Shown one piece after another: positions 14,801 to 29,921 of a stretch of 64,000 nt of DNA. The notes under the pieces were generated by a model. That model worked only from the letters and a program-made list of their open reading frames with translations. It was not told the DNA's origin and did not search any database. The position numbers were made by a program, and so were the translations under genes. Position 1 is the stretch's first letter; each line of letters starts with the position of its first letter. The stretch is from the human T2T-CHM13v2.0 reference genome, Homo sapiens, in NCBI RefSeq assembly GCF_009914755.1, contig NC_060939.1; one strand, written 5' to 3'.

Positions 14801-17800
14801 ATTCTATTACTTTCATTTCCATTCAATTCCATTCCATTTGATTCCATTCCACTCGGTTTCATTCCATTTGAGTCCACTCCATTCCATTCCATTCCATTCC
14901 ATTCAGTTCCATTCCATTCTGTTCCATTCCATTCCGTTCCATTACATTCCATTCCATTCGGTACCATTCCATATTGTTCCATTCGATTCCATTCGAATCC
15001 ATTCCATTCCGGTCCATTCCATTCGATTCCATTCAATTCATTTCAATTCCATTCCATTCCATTCCATTACATTCCACTTGATTCCTCTCCATTCCCTTCC
15101 ACTGCATTCCGTTCGATTCCGTTCCATTGCATTACATTCCATTCCATTGGACTGCATTCCATTCGATTCCATTCCATTCGAATCAATTACATAGCAATCC
15201 GTTACATTCGAGTCTATTCTATTCCGTTCCATTCGATTTCATTGCAATCCATTCGATTCCATTCCATTCGATTCCATTCCATACTATTGCATTCCATTCG
15301 ATTACATTATATTCGAATAAGTTCCATTCAAGACCATTTCTTTTGAGTCCATTCTATTTGAGTCCATTCCCTTTGATTCCATAACATTTGAGTCCATTCA
15401 ATTCCATTCCTTTCGTTTCCATTCCATTTGATGCCATTCCATTCAATTCTGTTCTACTCGACTCCAACACATTCAATTCCATTCCATCCGATTCCATTAC
15501 ATTCTTTTCATTTCTTATCCATTTCAAGCCATTCCACTCCATTCCATTCCACTCGTTTCCTTTCCATTCGAGTCCATTCCTCTCCAGTCCATTCCGTTCA
15601 ATCCATTCCATTCCAGTCCATTCCATTCGAGTCCGTTCCATTCCAGTCCATTCCATTCGAGTCAATTCCATCCCATTCGATGTCTTTCCATAACGATCCA
15701 TTCCATTCTATTCCTTTCGATTCCATTCCATTCTATTTCATTCCATTCGATTCCCTTCCATTGGACTCCTTTCCATTCGAGTGCATTCCATTCCGTTCCA
15801 TTTCTTTCCGTTCTGTACGATTCCTACCGTTCGATTTCATTTTGTTCCAGTCCATTCCTTTCGCGTCCATTCCATTCCATTTCACTCCATTCGATTCCAT
15901 TCCACTCGATTCCACTTCGTTCCATTTCATTGCATTCCATTCTATTCAACTCTATTGCCTTCCATTCCATTCCATTCGATTACATTCCATGCGATTCCAT
16001 TCGAAATCGAATCAATTACATTGCAATCCATTACTATTGAGTCCGTTTTATTCCAGTCCACTGCATTCTGGTCCATTCCATTTGATTCCATTCCATTCTA
16101 TTCCATTCCATACAGTTGCATTCAATTGGATTCCATTCTATATCTATAAATTCAATTCGAGACCATTGCTTTTGAGTCCATTCTATATGATTCCATTCCA
16201 TTCAAGTCCATTACATTTGGTTCAATTCCATTCCATTCGATTCCCTTCCATTCCATTTGATATCAATCCATTCGATTCCATTCCATTCGAGCACATTCCA
16301 TTCGAGTCCATTCCATTCGATGCCATTCCATTTGATTCTATTCCATTAGTCTCCATTCAATTCCATTAATCTCCATTCCATTCCATTCTACTCCAACTGA
16401 TTCCATTCCATTCTATTCCTTTCCATTCCATTTCATTCCATTCCATTCCATTTCATTCCATTCCATTCCATTCGCTTCCATTCCATTCGTGTCCATTCCA
16501 CTCCAGTCCATTCCATTCGTGTCCATTCCATTCCAGTCCATTCCATTTGTGTCCTCTGCATTCCATTCCACTCCATTCCATATTATTCCATTACACTCCA
16601 TTCCATTCTATTACTTTCATTTCCATTCAATTCCATTCCATTTGATTCCATTCCACTCGGTTTCATTCCATTTGAATCCACTCCATTCCATTCCATTCCA
16701 TTCCATTCAGTTCCATTCTATTCTGTTCCATTCCATTCCGTTCCATTGCATTCCATTCCATTCGGTACCATTCCATATTGTTCCATTCGATTCCATTCGA
16801 ATCCATTCCATTCCAGTCCATTCCATTCGATTCCATTCCATTCCTTTCAATTCCATTCCATTCCATTCCATTCAACTTGATTCCACTCCATTCCCTTCCA
16901 CTGCATTCCATTCGATTCCGTTCCATTGCATTGCATTCCATTCCATTGGACTGCATTCCATTCGATTCCATTCCATTCGAATCAATTACATAGCAATCCG
17001 TTACATTCGAGTCTATTCTATTCCGTTCCATTCGATTTCATTCCAATCCATTCGATTCCATTCCATTCGATTCCATTCCATACTATTGCATTCCATTCGA
17101 TTACATTATATTCGAATAAGTTCCATTCAAGACCATTTCTTTTGAGTCCATTCTATTTGAGTCCATTCCCTTTGATTCCATAACATTTGAGTCCATTCAA
17201 TTCCATTCCTTTCGTTTCCATTCCATTTGATGCCATTCCATTCAATTCTGTTCTACTCGACTCCAACACATTCAATTCCATTCCATCCGATTCCATTACA
17301 TTCTTTTCATTTCTTATCCATTTCAAGCCATTCCACTCCATTCCATTCCACTCGTTTCCTTTCCATTCGAGTCCATTCCTCTCCAGTCCATTCCGTTCAA
17401 TCCATTCCATTCCAGTCCATTCCATTCGAGTCCGTTCCATTCCAGTCCATTCCATTCGAGTCAATTCCATCCCATTCGATGTCTTTCCATAACGATCCAT
17501 TCCATTCTATTCCTTTCGATTCCATTCCATTCTATTTCATTCCATTCGATTCCCTTCCATTGGACTCCTTTCCATTCGAGTGCATTCCATTCCGTTCCAT
17601 TTCTTTCCGTTCTGTACGATTCCTACCGTTCGATTTCATTTTGTTCCAGTCCATTCCTTTCGCGTCCATTCCATTCCATTTCACTCCATTCGATTCCATT
17701 CCACTCGATTCCACTTCGTTCCATTTCATTGCATTCCATTCTATTCAACTCTATTGCCTTCCATTCCATTCCATTCGATTACATTCCATGCGATTCCATT

Positions 17801-20081
17801 CGAAATCGAATCAATTACATTGCAATCCATTACTATTGAGTCCGTTTTATTCCAGTCCACTGCATTCTGGTCCATTCCATTTGATTCCATTCCATTCTAT
17901 TCCATTCCATACAGTTGCATTCCATTGGATTCCATGCTATATCTATAAATTCAATTCGAGACCATTGCTTTTGAATCCATTCTATATGATTCCATTCCAT
18001 TCAAGTCCATTACATTTGGTTCAATTCCATTCCATTCCATTCCCTTCCATTCCATTCCAGTTGATATCAATCCATTCGATTCCATTCCATTCGAGCACAT
18101 TCCATTCGAGTCCATTCCATTCGATGCCATTCCATTTGATTCTATTCCATTAGTCTCCATTCAATTCCATTAATCTCCATTCCATTCCATTCTACTCCAA
18201 CTGATTCCATTCCATTCTATTCCTTTCCATTCCATTTCATTCCATTCCATTCCATTTCATTCCATTCCATTCCATTCGCTTCCATTCCATTCGTGTCCAT
18301 TCCACTCCAGTCCATTCCATTCGTGTCCATTCCATTCCAGTCCATTCCATTTGTGTCCACTGCATTCCATTCCACTCCATTCCATATTATTCCATTACAC
18401 TCCATTCCATTCTATTACTTTCATTTCCATTCAATTCCATTCCATTTGATTCCATTCCACTCGGTTTCATTCCATTTGAGTCCACTCCATTCCATTCCAT
18501 TCCATTCCATTCAGTTCCATTCCATTCTGTTCCATTCCATTCCGTTCCATTGCATTCCATTCCATTCGGTAACATTCCATATTGTTCCATTCGATTCCAT
18601 TCGAATCCATTCCATTCCAGTCCATTCCATTCGATTCCATTCCATTCCTTTCAATTCCATTCCATTCCATTCCATTCCACTTGATTCCACTCCATTCCCT
18701 TCCACTGCATTCCATTCGATTCCATTCCATTGCATTGCCTTCCATTCCATTGGACTGCATTCCATTCGATTCCATTCCATTCGAATCAATTACATAGCAA
18801 TCCATTACATTCGAGTCTATTCTATTCCGTTCCATTCGATTTCGTTCCAATCCATTCGATTCCATTCCATTCGATTCCATTCCATACTATTGCATTCCAT
18901 TCGATTACATTATATTCGAATAAGTTCCATTCAAGACCATTTCTTTTGAGTCCATTCTATTTGAGTCCATTCCCTTTGATTCCATAACATTTGAGTCCAT
19001 TCAATTCCATTCCTTTCGTTTCCATTCCATTTGATGCCATTCCATTCAATTCGGTTCTACTCGACTCCAATACATTCAATTCCATTCCATCCGATTCCAT
19101 TACATTCTTTTCATTTCTTATCCATTTCAAGCCATTCCACTCCATTCCATTCCACTCGTTTCCTTTCCATTCGAGTCCATTCCTCTCCAGTCCATTCCGT
19201 TCAATCCATTCCATTCCAGTCCATTCCATTCGAGTCCGTTCCATTCCAGTCCATTCCATTCGAGTCAATTCCATCCCATTCGATGTCTTTCCATAACGAT
19301 CCATTCCATTCTATTCCTTTCGATTCCATTCCATTCTATTTCATTCCATTCGATTCCCTTCCATTGGACTCCTTTCCATTCGAGTGCATTCCATTCCGTT
19401 CCATTTCTTTCCGTTCTGTACGATTCCTACCGTTCGATTTCATTTTGTTCCAGTCCATTCCTTTCGCGTCCATTCCATTCCATTTCACTCCATTCGATTC
19501 CATTCCACTCGATTCCACTTCGTTCCATTTCATTGCATTCCATTCTATTCAACTCTATTGCCTTCCATTCCATTCCATTCGATTACATTCCATGCGATTC
19601 CATTCGAAATCGAATCAATTACATTGCAATCCATTACTATTGAGTCCGTTTTATTCCAGTCCACTGCATTCTGGTCCATTCCATTTGATTCCATTCCATT
19701 CTATTCCATTCCATACAGTTGCATTCAATTGGATTCCATTCTATATCTATAAATTCAATTCGAGACCATTGCTTTTGAGTCCATTCTATATGATTCCATT
19801 CCATTCAAGTCCATTACATTTGGTTCAATTCCATTCCATTCCATTCCCTTCCATTCCATTCCAGTTGATATCAATCCATTCGATTCCATTCCATTCGAGC
19901 ACATTCCATTCGAGTCCATTCCATTCGATGCCATTCCATTTGATTCTATTCCATTAGTCTCCATTCAATTCCATTAATCTCCATTCCATTCCATTCTACT
20001 CCAACTGATTCCATTCCATTCTATTCCTTTCCATTCCATTTCATTCCATTCCATTCCATTTCATTCCATTCCATTCCATTC

Positions 20082-23000
20082 GTGTCCCTTCCACTCCAGT
20101 CCATTCCATTCGTGTCCATTCCATTCCAGTCCATTCCGTTTGTGTCCACTGCATTCCATTCCACTCCATTCCATATTATTCCATTACACTCCATTCCATT
20201 CTATTACTTTCATTTCCATTCAATTCCATTCCATTTGATTCCATTCCACTCGGTTTCATTCCATTTGAGTCCACTCCATTCCATTCCATTCCATTCAGTT
20301 CCATTCCATTCTGTTCCATTCCATTCCGTTCCATTACATTCCATTCCATTCGGTACCATTCCATATTGTACCATTCCATATTGTTCCATTCGATTCCATT
20401 CGAATCCATTCCATTCCAGTCCATTCCATTCGATTCCATTCCATTCATTTCAATTCCATTCCATTCCATTCCATTCCATTCCACTTGATTCCTCTCCATT
20501 CCCTTCCACTGCATTCCGTTCGATTCCATTCCATTGCATTGCATTCCATTCCATTGGATTGCATTCCACTCGATTCCATTCCATTCGAATCAATTACATA
20601 GCAATCCATTACATTCGAGTCTATTCTATTCCGTTCCATTCGATTTCGTTCCAATCCATTCGATTCCATTCCATTCGATTCCATTCCATACTATTGCATT
20701 CCATTCGATTACATTATATTCGAATAAGTTCCATTCAAGACCATTTCTTTTGAGTCCATTCTATTTGAGTCCATTCCCTTTGATTCCATAACATTTGAGT
20801 CCATTCAATTCCATTCCTTTCGTTTCCATTCCATTTGATGCCATTCCATTCAATTCTGTTCTACTCGACTCCAATACATTCAATTCCATTCCATCCGATT
20901 CCATTACATTCTTTTCATTTCTTATCCATTTCAAGCCATTCCACTCCATTCCATTCCACTCGTTTCCTTTCCATTCGAGTCCATTCCTCTCCAGTCCATT
21001 CCGTTCAATCCATTCCATTCCAGTCCATTCCATTCGAGTCCGTTCCATTCCAGTTCATTCCATTCGAGTCAATTCCATCCCATTCGATGTCTTTCCATAA
21101 CGATCCATTCCATTCTATTCCTTTCGATTCCATTCCATTCTATTTCATTCCATTCGATTCCCTTCCATTGGACTCCTTTCCATTCGAGTGCATTCCATTC
21201 CGTTCCATTTCTTTCCGTTCTGTACGATTCCTACCGTTCGATTTCATTTTGTTCCAGTCCATTCCTTTCGCATCCATTCCATTCCATTTCACTCCATTCG
21301 ATTCCATTCCATTTCACTCCATTCGATTCCATTCCACTCGATTCCACTTCGTTCCATTTCATTGCATTCCATTCTATTCAACTCTATTGCCTTCCATTCC
21401 CTTCCATTCGATTACATTCCATGCGATTCCATTCGAAATCGAATCAATTACATTGCAATCCATTACTATTGAGTCCGTTTTATTCCAGTCCACTGCATTC
21501 TGGTCCATTCCATTTGATTCCATTCCATTCTATTCCATTCCATACAGTTGCATTCCATTGGATTCCATTCTATTTCTATAAATTCAATTCGAGACCATTG
21601 CTTTTGAGTCCATTCTATATGATTCCATTCCATTCAAGTCCATTACATTTGGTTCAATTCCATTCCATTTCATTCCCTTCAATTCCATTCCATTTGATAT
21701 CAATCCATTCGATTCCATTCCATTCGAGCACATTCCATTCGAGTCCATTCCATTCGATGCCATTCCATTTGATTCTATTCCATTAGTCTCCATTCAATTC
21801 CATTAATCTCCATTCCATTCCATTCTACTCCAACTGATTCCATTCCATTCTATTCCTTTCCATTCCATTTCATTCCATTCCATTCCATTTCATTCCATTC
21901 CATTCCATTCCCTTCATTCCATTCGTGTCCATTCCACTCCAGTCCATTCCATTCGTGTCCATTCCATTCCAGTCCATTCCATTTGTGTCCACTGCATTCC
22001 ATTCCACTCCATTCCATATTATTCCATTACACTCTCTTCCATTCTATTACTTTCATTTCCATTCAATTCCATTCCATTTGATTCCATTCCACTCGGTTTC
22101 ATTCCATTTGAGTCCACTCCATTCCATTCCATTCCATTCCATTCAGTTCCATTCCATTCTGTTCCATTCCATTCCGTTCCATTACATTCCATTCCATTCG
22201 GTACCATTCCATATTGTTCCATTCGATTCCATTCGAATCCATTCCATTCCAGTCCATTCCATTCGATTCCATTCCATTCATTTCAATTCCATTCCATTCC
22301 ATTCCATTACATTCCACTTGATTCCTCTCCATTCCCTTCCACTGCATTCCGTTCGATTCCATTCCATTGCATTGCATTCCATTCCATTGGATTGCATTCC
22401 ATTCGATTCCATTCCATTCGAATCAATTACATAGCAATCCATTACATTCGAGTCTATTCTATTCCGTTCCATTCGATTTCGTTCCAATCCATTCGATTCC
22501 ATTCCATTCGATTCCATTCCATACTATTGCATTCCATTCGATTACATTATATTCGAATAAGTTCCATTCAAGACCATTTCTTTTGAGTCCATTCTATTTG
22601 AGTCCATTCCCTTTGATTCCATAACATTTGAGTCCATTCAATTCCATTCCTTTCGTTTCCATTCCATTTGATGCCATTCCATTCAATTCTGTTCTACTCG
22701 ACTCCAATACATTCAATTCCATTCCATCCGATTCCATTACATTCTTTTCATTTCTTATCCATTTCAAGCCATTCCACTCCATTCCATTCCACTCGTTTCC
22801 TTTCCATTCGAGTCCATTCCTCTCCAGTCCATTCCATTCAATCCATTCCATTCCAGTCCATTCCATTCGAGTCCGTTCCATTCCAGTCCATTCCATTCGA
22901 GTCAATTCCATCCCATTCGATGTCTTTCCATAACGATCCATTCCATTCTATTCCTTTCGATTCCATTCCATTCTATTTCATTCCATTCGATTCCCTTCCA

Positions 23001-26000
23001 TTGGACTCCTTTCCATTCGAGTGCATTCCATTCCATTCCATTTCTTTCCGTTCTGTACGATTCCTACCGTTCGATTTCATTTTGTTCCAGTCCATTCCTT
23101 TCGCGTCCATTCCATTCCATTTCACTCCATTCGATTCCATTCCACTCGATTCCACTTCGATCCATCTCATTGCATTCCATTCTATTCAACTCTATTGCCT
23201 TCCATTCCATTCCATTCGATTATATTCCATGCGATTCCATTCGAAATCGAATCAATTACATTGCAATCCATTACTATTGAGTCCGTTTTATTCCAGTCCA
23301 CTGCATTCTGGTCCATTCCATTTGATTCCATTCCATTCTATTCCATTCCATACAGTTGCATTCCATTGGATTCCATTCTATATCTATAAATTCAATTCGA
23401 GACCATTGCTTTTGAGTCCATTCTATATGATTCCATTCCATTCAAGTCCATTACATTTGGTTCAATTCCATTCCATTCCATTCCCTTCCATTCCATTCCA
23501 GTTGATATCAATCCATTCGATTCCATTCCATTCGAGCACATTCCATTCGAGTCCATTCCATTCGATGCCATTCCATTTGATTCTATTCCATTAGTCTCCA
23601 TTCAATTCCATTAATCTCCATTCCATTCCATTCTACTCCAACTGATTCCATTCCATTCTATTCCTTTCCATTCCATTTCATTCCATTCCATTCCATTTCA
23701 TTCCATTCCATTCCATTCGCTTCCATTCCATTCGTGTCCATTCCACTCCAGTCCATTCCATTCGTGTCCATTCCATTCCAGTCCATTCCATTTGTGTCCA
23801 CTGCATTCCATTCCACTCCATTCCATATTATTCCATTACACTCCATTCCATTCTATTACTTTCATTTCCATTCAATTCCATTCCATTTGATTCCATTCCA
23901 CTCGGTTTCATTCCATTTGAGTCCACTCCATTCCATTCCATTCCATTCCATTCAGTTCCTTTCCATTCTGTTCCGTTCCATTCCATTCTGTTCCATTCCA
24001 TTCCGTTCCATTGCATTCCATTCCATTCGGTACCATTCCATATTGTTCCATTCGATTCCATTCGAATCCATTCCATTCCAGTCCATTCCATTCGATTCCA
24101 TTCCATTCCTTTCAATTCCATTCCATTCCATTCCATTCCACTTGATTCCACTCCATTCCCTTCCACTGCATTCCATTCGATTCCATTCCATTGCATTGCA
24201 TTCCATTCCATTGGACTGCATTCCATTCGATTCCATTCCATTCGAATCAATTACATAGCAATCCATTACATTCGAGTCTATTCTATTCCGTTCCATTCGA
24301 TTTCGTTCCAATCCATTCGATTCCACTCCATTCGATTCCATTCCATACTATTGCATTCCATTCTATTACATTATATTCGAATAAGTTCCATTCAAGACCA
24401 TTTCTTTTGAGTCCATTCTATTTGAGTCCATTCCCTTTGATTCCATAACATTTGAGTCCATTCAATTCCATTCCTTTCGTTTCCATTCCATTTGATGCCA
24501 TTCCATTCAATTCTGTTCTACTCGACTCCAATACATTCAATTCCATTCCATCCGATTCCATTACATTCTTTTCATTTCTTATCCATTTCAAGCCATTCCA
24601 CTCCACTCCATTCCACTCGTTTCCTTTCCATTCGAGTCCATTCCTCTCCAGTCCATTCCGTTCAATCCATTCCATTCCAGTCCATTCCATTCGAGTCCGT
24701 TCCATTCCAGTCCATTCCATTCGAGTCAATTCCATCCCATTCGATATCTTTCCATAACGATCCATTCCATTCTATTCCTTTCGATTCCATTCCATTCTAT
24801 TTCATTCCATTCGATTCCCTTCCATTGGACTCCTTTCCATTCGAGTGCATTCCATTCCGTTCCATTTCTTTCCGTTCTGTACGATTCCTACCGTTCGATT
24901 TCATTTTGTTCCAGTCCATTCCTTTCGCGTCCATTCCATTCCATTTCACTCCATTCGATTCCATTCCACTCGATTCCACTTCGTTCCATTTCATTGCATT
25001 CCATTCTATTCAACTCTATTGCCTTCCATTCCATTCCATTCTATTACATTCCATGCGATTCCATTCGAAATCGAATCAATTAAATTGCAATCCATTACTA
25101 TTCAGTCCGTTTTATTCCAGTCCACTGCATTCTGGTCCATTCCATTTGATTCCATTCCATTTTATTCCATTCCATACAGTTGCATTCCATTGGATTCCAT
25201 GCTATATCTATAAATTCAATTCGAGACCATTGCTTTTGAGTCCATTCTATATGTTTCCATTCCATTCAAGTCCATTACATTTGGTTCAATTCCATTCCAT
25301 TCCATTCCCTTCCATTCCATTCCAGTTGATATCAATCCATTCGATTCCATTCCATTCGAGCACATTCCATTCGAGTCCATTCCATTCGATGCCATTCCAT
25401 TTGATTCTATTCCATTAGTCTCCATTCAATTCCATTAATCTCCATTCCATTCCATTCTACTCCAACTGATTCCATTCCATTCTATTCCTTTCCATTCCAT
25501 TTCATTCCATTCCATTCCATTTCATTCCATTCCATTCCATTCGTGTCCCTTCCACTCCAGTCCATTCCATTCGTGTCCATTCCATTCCAGTCCATTCCGT
25601 TTGTGTCCACTGCATTCCATTCCACTCCATTCCATATTATTCCATTACACTCCATTCCATTCTATTACTTTCATTTCCATTCAATTCCATTCCATTTGAT
25701 TCCATTCCACTCGGTTTCATTCCATTTGAGTCCACTCCATTCCATTCCATTCCATTCAGTTCCATTCCATTCTGTTCCATTCCATTCCGTTCCATTACAT
25801 TCCATTCCATTCGGTACCATTCCATATTGTACCATTCCATATTGTTCCATTCGATTCCATTCGAATCCATTCCATTCCAGTCCATTCCATTCGATTCCAT
25901 TCCATTCATTTCAATTCCATTCCATTCCATTCCATTCCATTCCACTTGATTCCTCTCCATTCCCTTCCACTGCATTCCGTTCGATTCCATTCCATTGCAT

Positions 26001-29000
26001 TGCATTCCATTCCATTGGATTGCATTCCACTCGATTCCATTCCATTCGAATCAATTACATAGCAATCCATTACATTCGAGTCTATTCTATTCCGTTCCAT
26101 TCGATTTCGTTCCAATCCATTCGATTCCATTCCATTCGATTCCATTCCATACTATTGCATTCCATTCGATTACATTATATTCGAATAAGTTCCATTCAAG
26201 ACCATTTCTTTTGAGTCCATTCTATTTGAGTCCATTCCCTTTGATTCCATAACATTTGAGTCCATTCAATTCCATTCCTTTCGTTTCCATTCCATTTGAT
26301 GCCATTCCATTCAATTCTGTTCTACTCGACTCCAATACATTCAATTCCATTCCATCCGATTCCATTACATTCTTTTCATTTCTTATCCATTTCAAGCCAT
26401 TCCACTCCATTCCATTCCACTCGTTTCCTTTCGATTCGAGTCCATTCCTCTCCAGTCCATTCCGTTCAATCCATTCCATTCCAGTCCATTCCATTCGAGT
26501 CCGTTCCATTCCAGTTCATTCCATTCGAGTCAATTCCATCCCATTCGATGTCTTTCCATAACGATCCATTCCATTCTATTCCTTTCGATTCCATTCCATT
26601 CTATTTCATTCCATTCGATTCCCTTCCATTGGACTCCTTTCCATTCGAGTGCATTCCATTCCGTTCCATTTCTTTCCGTTCTGTACGATTCCTACCGTTC
26701 GATTTCATTTTGTTCCAGTCCATTCCTTTCGCGTCCATTCCATTCCATTTCACTCCATTCGATTCCATTCCATTTCACTCCATTCGATTCCATTCCACTC
26801 GATTCCACTTCGTTCCATTTCATTGCATTCCATTCTATTCAACTCTATTGCCTTCCATTCCCTTCCATTCGATTACATTCCATGCGATTCCATTCGAAAT
26901 CGAATCAATTACATTGCAATCCATTACTATTGAGTCCGTTTTATTCCAGTCCACTGCATTCTGGTCCATTCCATTTGATTCCATTCCATTCTATTCCATT
27001 CCATACAGTTGCATTCCATTGGATTCCATTCTATTTCTATAAATTCAATTCGAGACCATTGCTTTTGAGTCCATTCTATATGATTCCATTCCATTCAAGT
27101 CCATTACATTTGGTTCAATTCCATTCCATTTCATTCCCTTCAATTCCATTCCATTTGATATCAATCCATTCGATTCCATTCCATTCGAGCACATTCCATT
27201 CGAGTCCATTCCATTCGATGCCATTCCATTTGATTCTATTCCATTAGTCTCCATTCAATTCCATTAATCTCCATTCCATTCCATTCTACTCCAACTGATT
27301 CCATTCCATTCTATTCCTTTCCATTCCATTTCATTCCATTCCATTCCATTTCATTCCATTCCATTCCATTCCCTTCATTCCATTCGTGTCCATTCCACTC
27401 CAGTCCATTCCATTCGTGTCCATTCCATTCCAGTCCATTCCATTTGTGTCCACTGCATTCCATTCCACTCCATTCCATATTATTCCATTACACTCTCTTC
27501 CATTCTATTACTTTCATTTCCATTCAATTCCATTCCATTTGATTCCATTCCACTCGGTTTCATTCCATTTGAGTCCACTCCATTCCATTCCATTCCATTC
27601 CATTCAGTTCCATTCCATTCTGTTCCATTCCATTCCGTTCCATTACATTCCATTCCATTCGGTACCATTCCATATTGTTCCATTCGATTCCATTCGAATC
27701 CATTCCATTCCAGTCCATTCCATTCGATTCCATTCCATTCATTTCAATTCCATTCCATTCCATTCCATTCCATTCCACTTGATTCCTCTCCATTCCCTTC
27801 CACTGCATTCCGTTCGATTCCATTCCATTGCATTGCATTCCATTCCATTGGATTGCATTCCATTCGATTCCATTCCATTCGAATCAATTACATAGCAATC
27901 CATTACATTCGAGTCTATTCTATTCCGTTCCATTCGATTTCGTTCCAATCCATTCGATTCCATTCCATTCGATTCCATTCCATACTATTGCATTCCATTC
28001 GATTACATTATATTCGAATAAGTTCCATTCAAGACCATTTCTTTTGAGTCCATTCTATTTGAGTCCATTCCCTTTGATTCCATAACATTTGAGTCCATTC
28101 AATTCCATTCCTTTCGTTTCCATTCCATTTGATGCCATTCCATTCAATTCGGTTCTACTCGACTCCAATACATTCAATTCCATTCCATCCGATTCCATTA
28201 CATTCTTTTCATTTCTTATCCATTTCAAGCCATTCCACTCCATTCCATTCCACTCGTTTCCTTTCCATTCGAGTCCATTCCTCTCCAGTCCATTCCGTTC
28301 AATCCATTCCATTCCAGTCCATTCCATTCGAGTCCGTTCCATTCCAGTTCATTCCATTCGAGTCAATTCCATCCCATTCGATGTCTTTCCATAACGATCC
28401 ATTCCATTCTATTCCTTTCGATTCCATTCCATTCTATTTCATTCCATTCGATTCCCTTCCATTGGACTCCTTTCCATTCGAGTGCATTCCATTCCGTTCC
28501 ATTTCTTTCCGTTCTGTACGATTCCTACCGTTCGATTTCATTTTGTTCCAGTCCATTCCTTTCGCGTCCATTCCATTCCATTTCACTCCATTCGATTCCA
28601 TTCCATTTCACTCCATTCGATTCCATTCCACTCGATTCCACTTCGTTCCATTTCATTGCATTCCATTCTATTCAACTCTATTGCCTTCCATTCCCTTCCA
28701 TTCGATTACATTCCATGCGATTCCATTCGAAATCGAATCAATTACATTGCAATCCATTACTATTGAGTCCGTTTTATTCCAGTCCACTGCATTCTGGTCC
28801 ATTCCATTTGATTCCATTCCATTCTATTCCATTCCATACAGTTGCATTCCATTGGATTCCATTCTATTTCTATAAATTCAATTCGAGACCATTGCTTTTG
28901 AGTCCATTCTATATGATTCCATTCCATTCAAGTCCATTACATTTGGTTCAATTCCATTCCATTTCATTCCCTTCAATTCCATTCCATTTGATATCAATCC

Positions 29001-29921
29001 ATTCGATTCCATTCCATTCGAGCACATTCCATTCGAGTCCATTCCATTCGATGCCATTCCATTTGATTCTATTCCATTAGTCTCCATTCAATTCCATTAA
29101 TCTCCATTCCATTCCATTCTACTCCAACTGATTCCATTCCATTCTATTCCTTTCCATTCCATTTCATTCCATTCCATTCCATTTCATTCCATTCCATTCC
29201 ATTCCCTTCATTCCATTCGTGTCCATTCCACTCCAGTCCATTCCATTCGTGTCCATTCCATTCCAGTCCATTCCATTTGTGTCCACTGCATTCCATTCCA
29301 CTCCATTCCATATTATTCCATTACACTCTCTTCCATTCTATTACTTTCATTTCCATTCAATTCCATTCCATTTGATTCCATTCCACTCGGTTTCATTCCA
29401 TTTGAGTCCACTCCATTCCATTCCATTCCATTCCATTCAGTTCCATTCCATTCTGTTCCATTCCATTCCGTTCCATTACATTCCATTCCATTCGGTACCA
29501 TTCCATATTGTTCCATTCGATTCCATTCGAATCCATTCCATTCCAGTCCATTCCATTCGATTCCATTCCATTCATTTCAATTCCATTCCATTCCATTCCA
29601 TTACATTCCACTTGATTCCTCTCCATTCCCTTCCACTGCATTCCGTTCGATTCCATTCCATTGCATTGCATTCCATTCCATTGGATTGCATTCCATTCGA
29701 TTCCATTCCATTCGAATCAATTACATAGCAATCCATTACATTCGAGTCTATTCTATTCCGTTCCATTCGATTTTGTTCCAATCCATTCGATTCCATTCCA
29801 TTCGATTCCATTCCATACTATTGCATTCCATTCGATTACATTATATTCGAATAAGTTCCATTCAAGACCATTTCTTTTGAGTCCATTCTATTTGAGTCCA
29901 TTCCCTTTGATTCCATAACAT
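20082..29921 (+). repeat. Block of locally duplicated variant units (5461-bp offset copy plus 1833-bp tandem copy)
   Basis: GTGTCCCTT and a 15-bp duplication (CCATATTGTACCATTCCATATTG) occur at ~20082/20361 and ~25543/25822. A 25-bp duplication of ATTTCACTCCATTCGATTCCATTCC, plus CTATTTCTATA, CCCTTCATTCC and ACTCTCTTCC, occurs in the units at 20795, 26256 and 28089. Confidence 0.85.
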
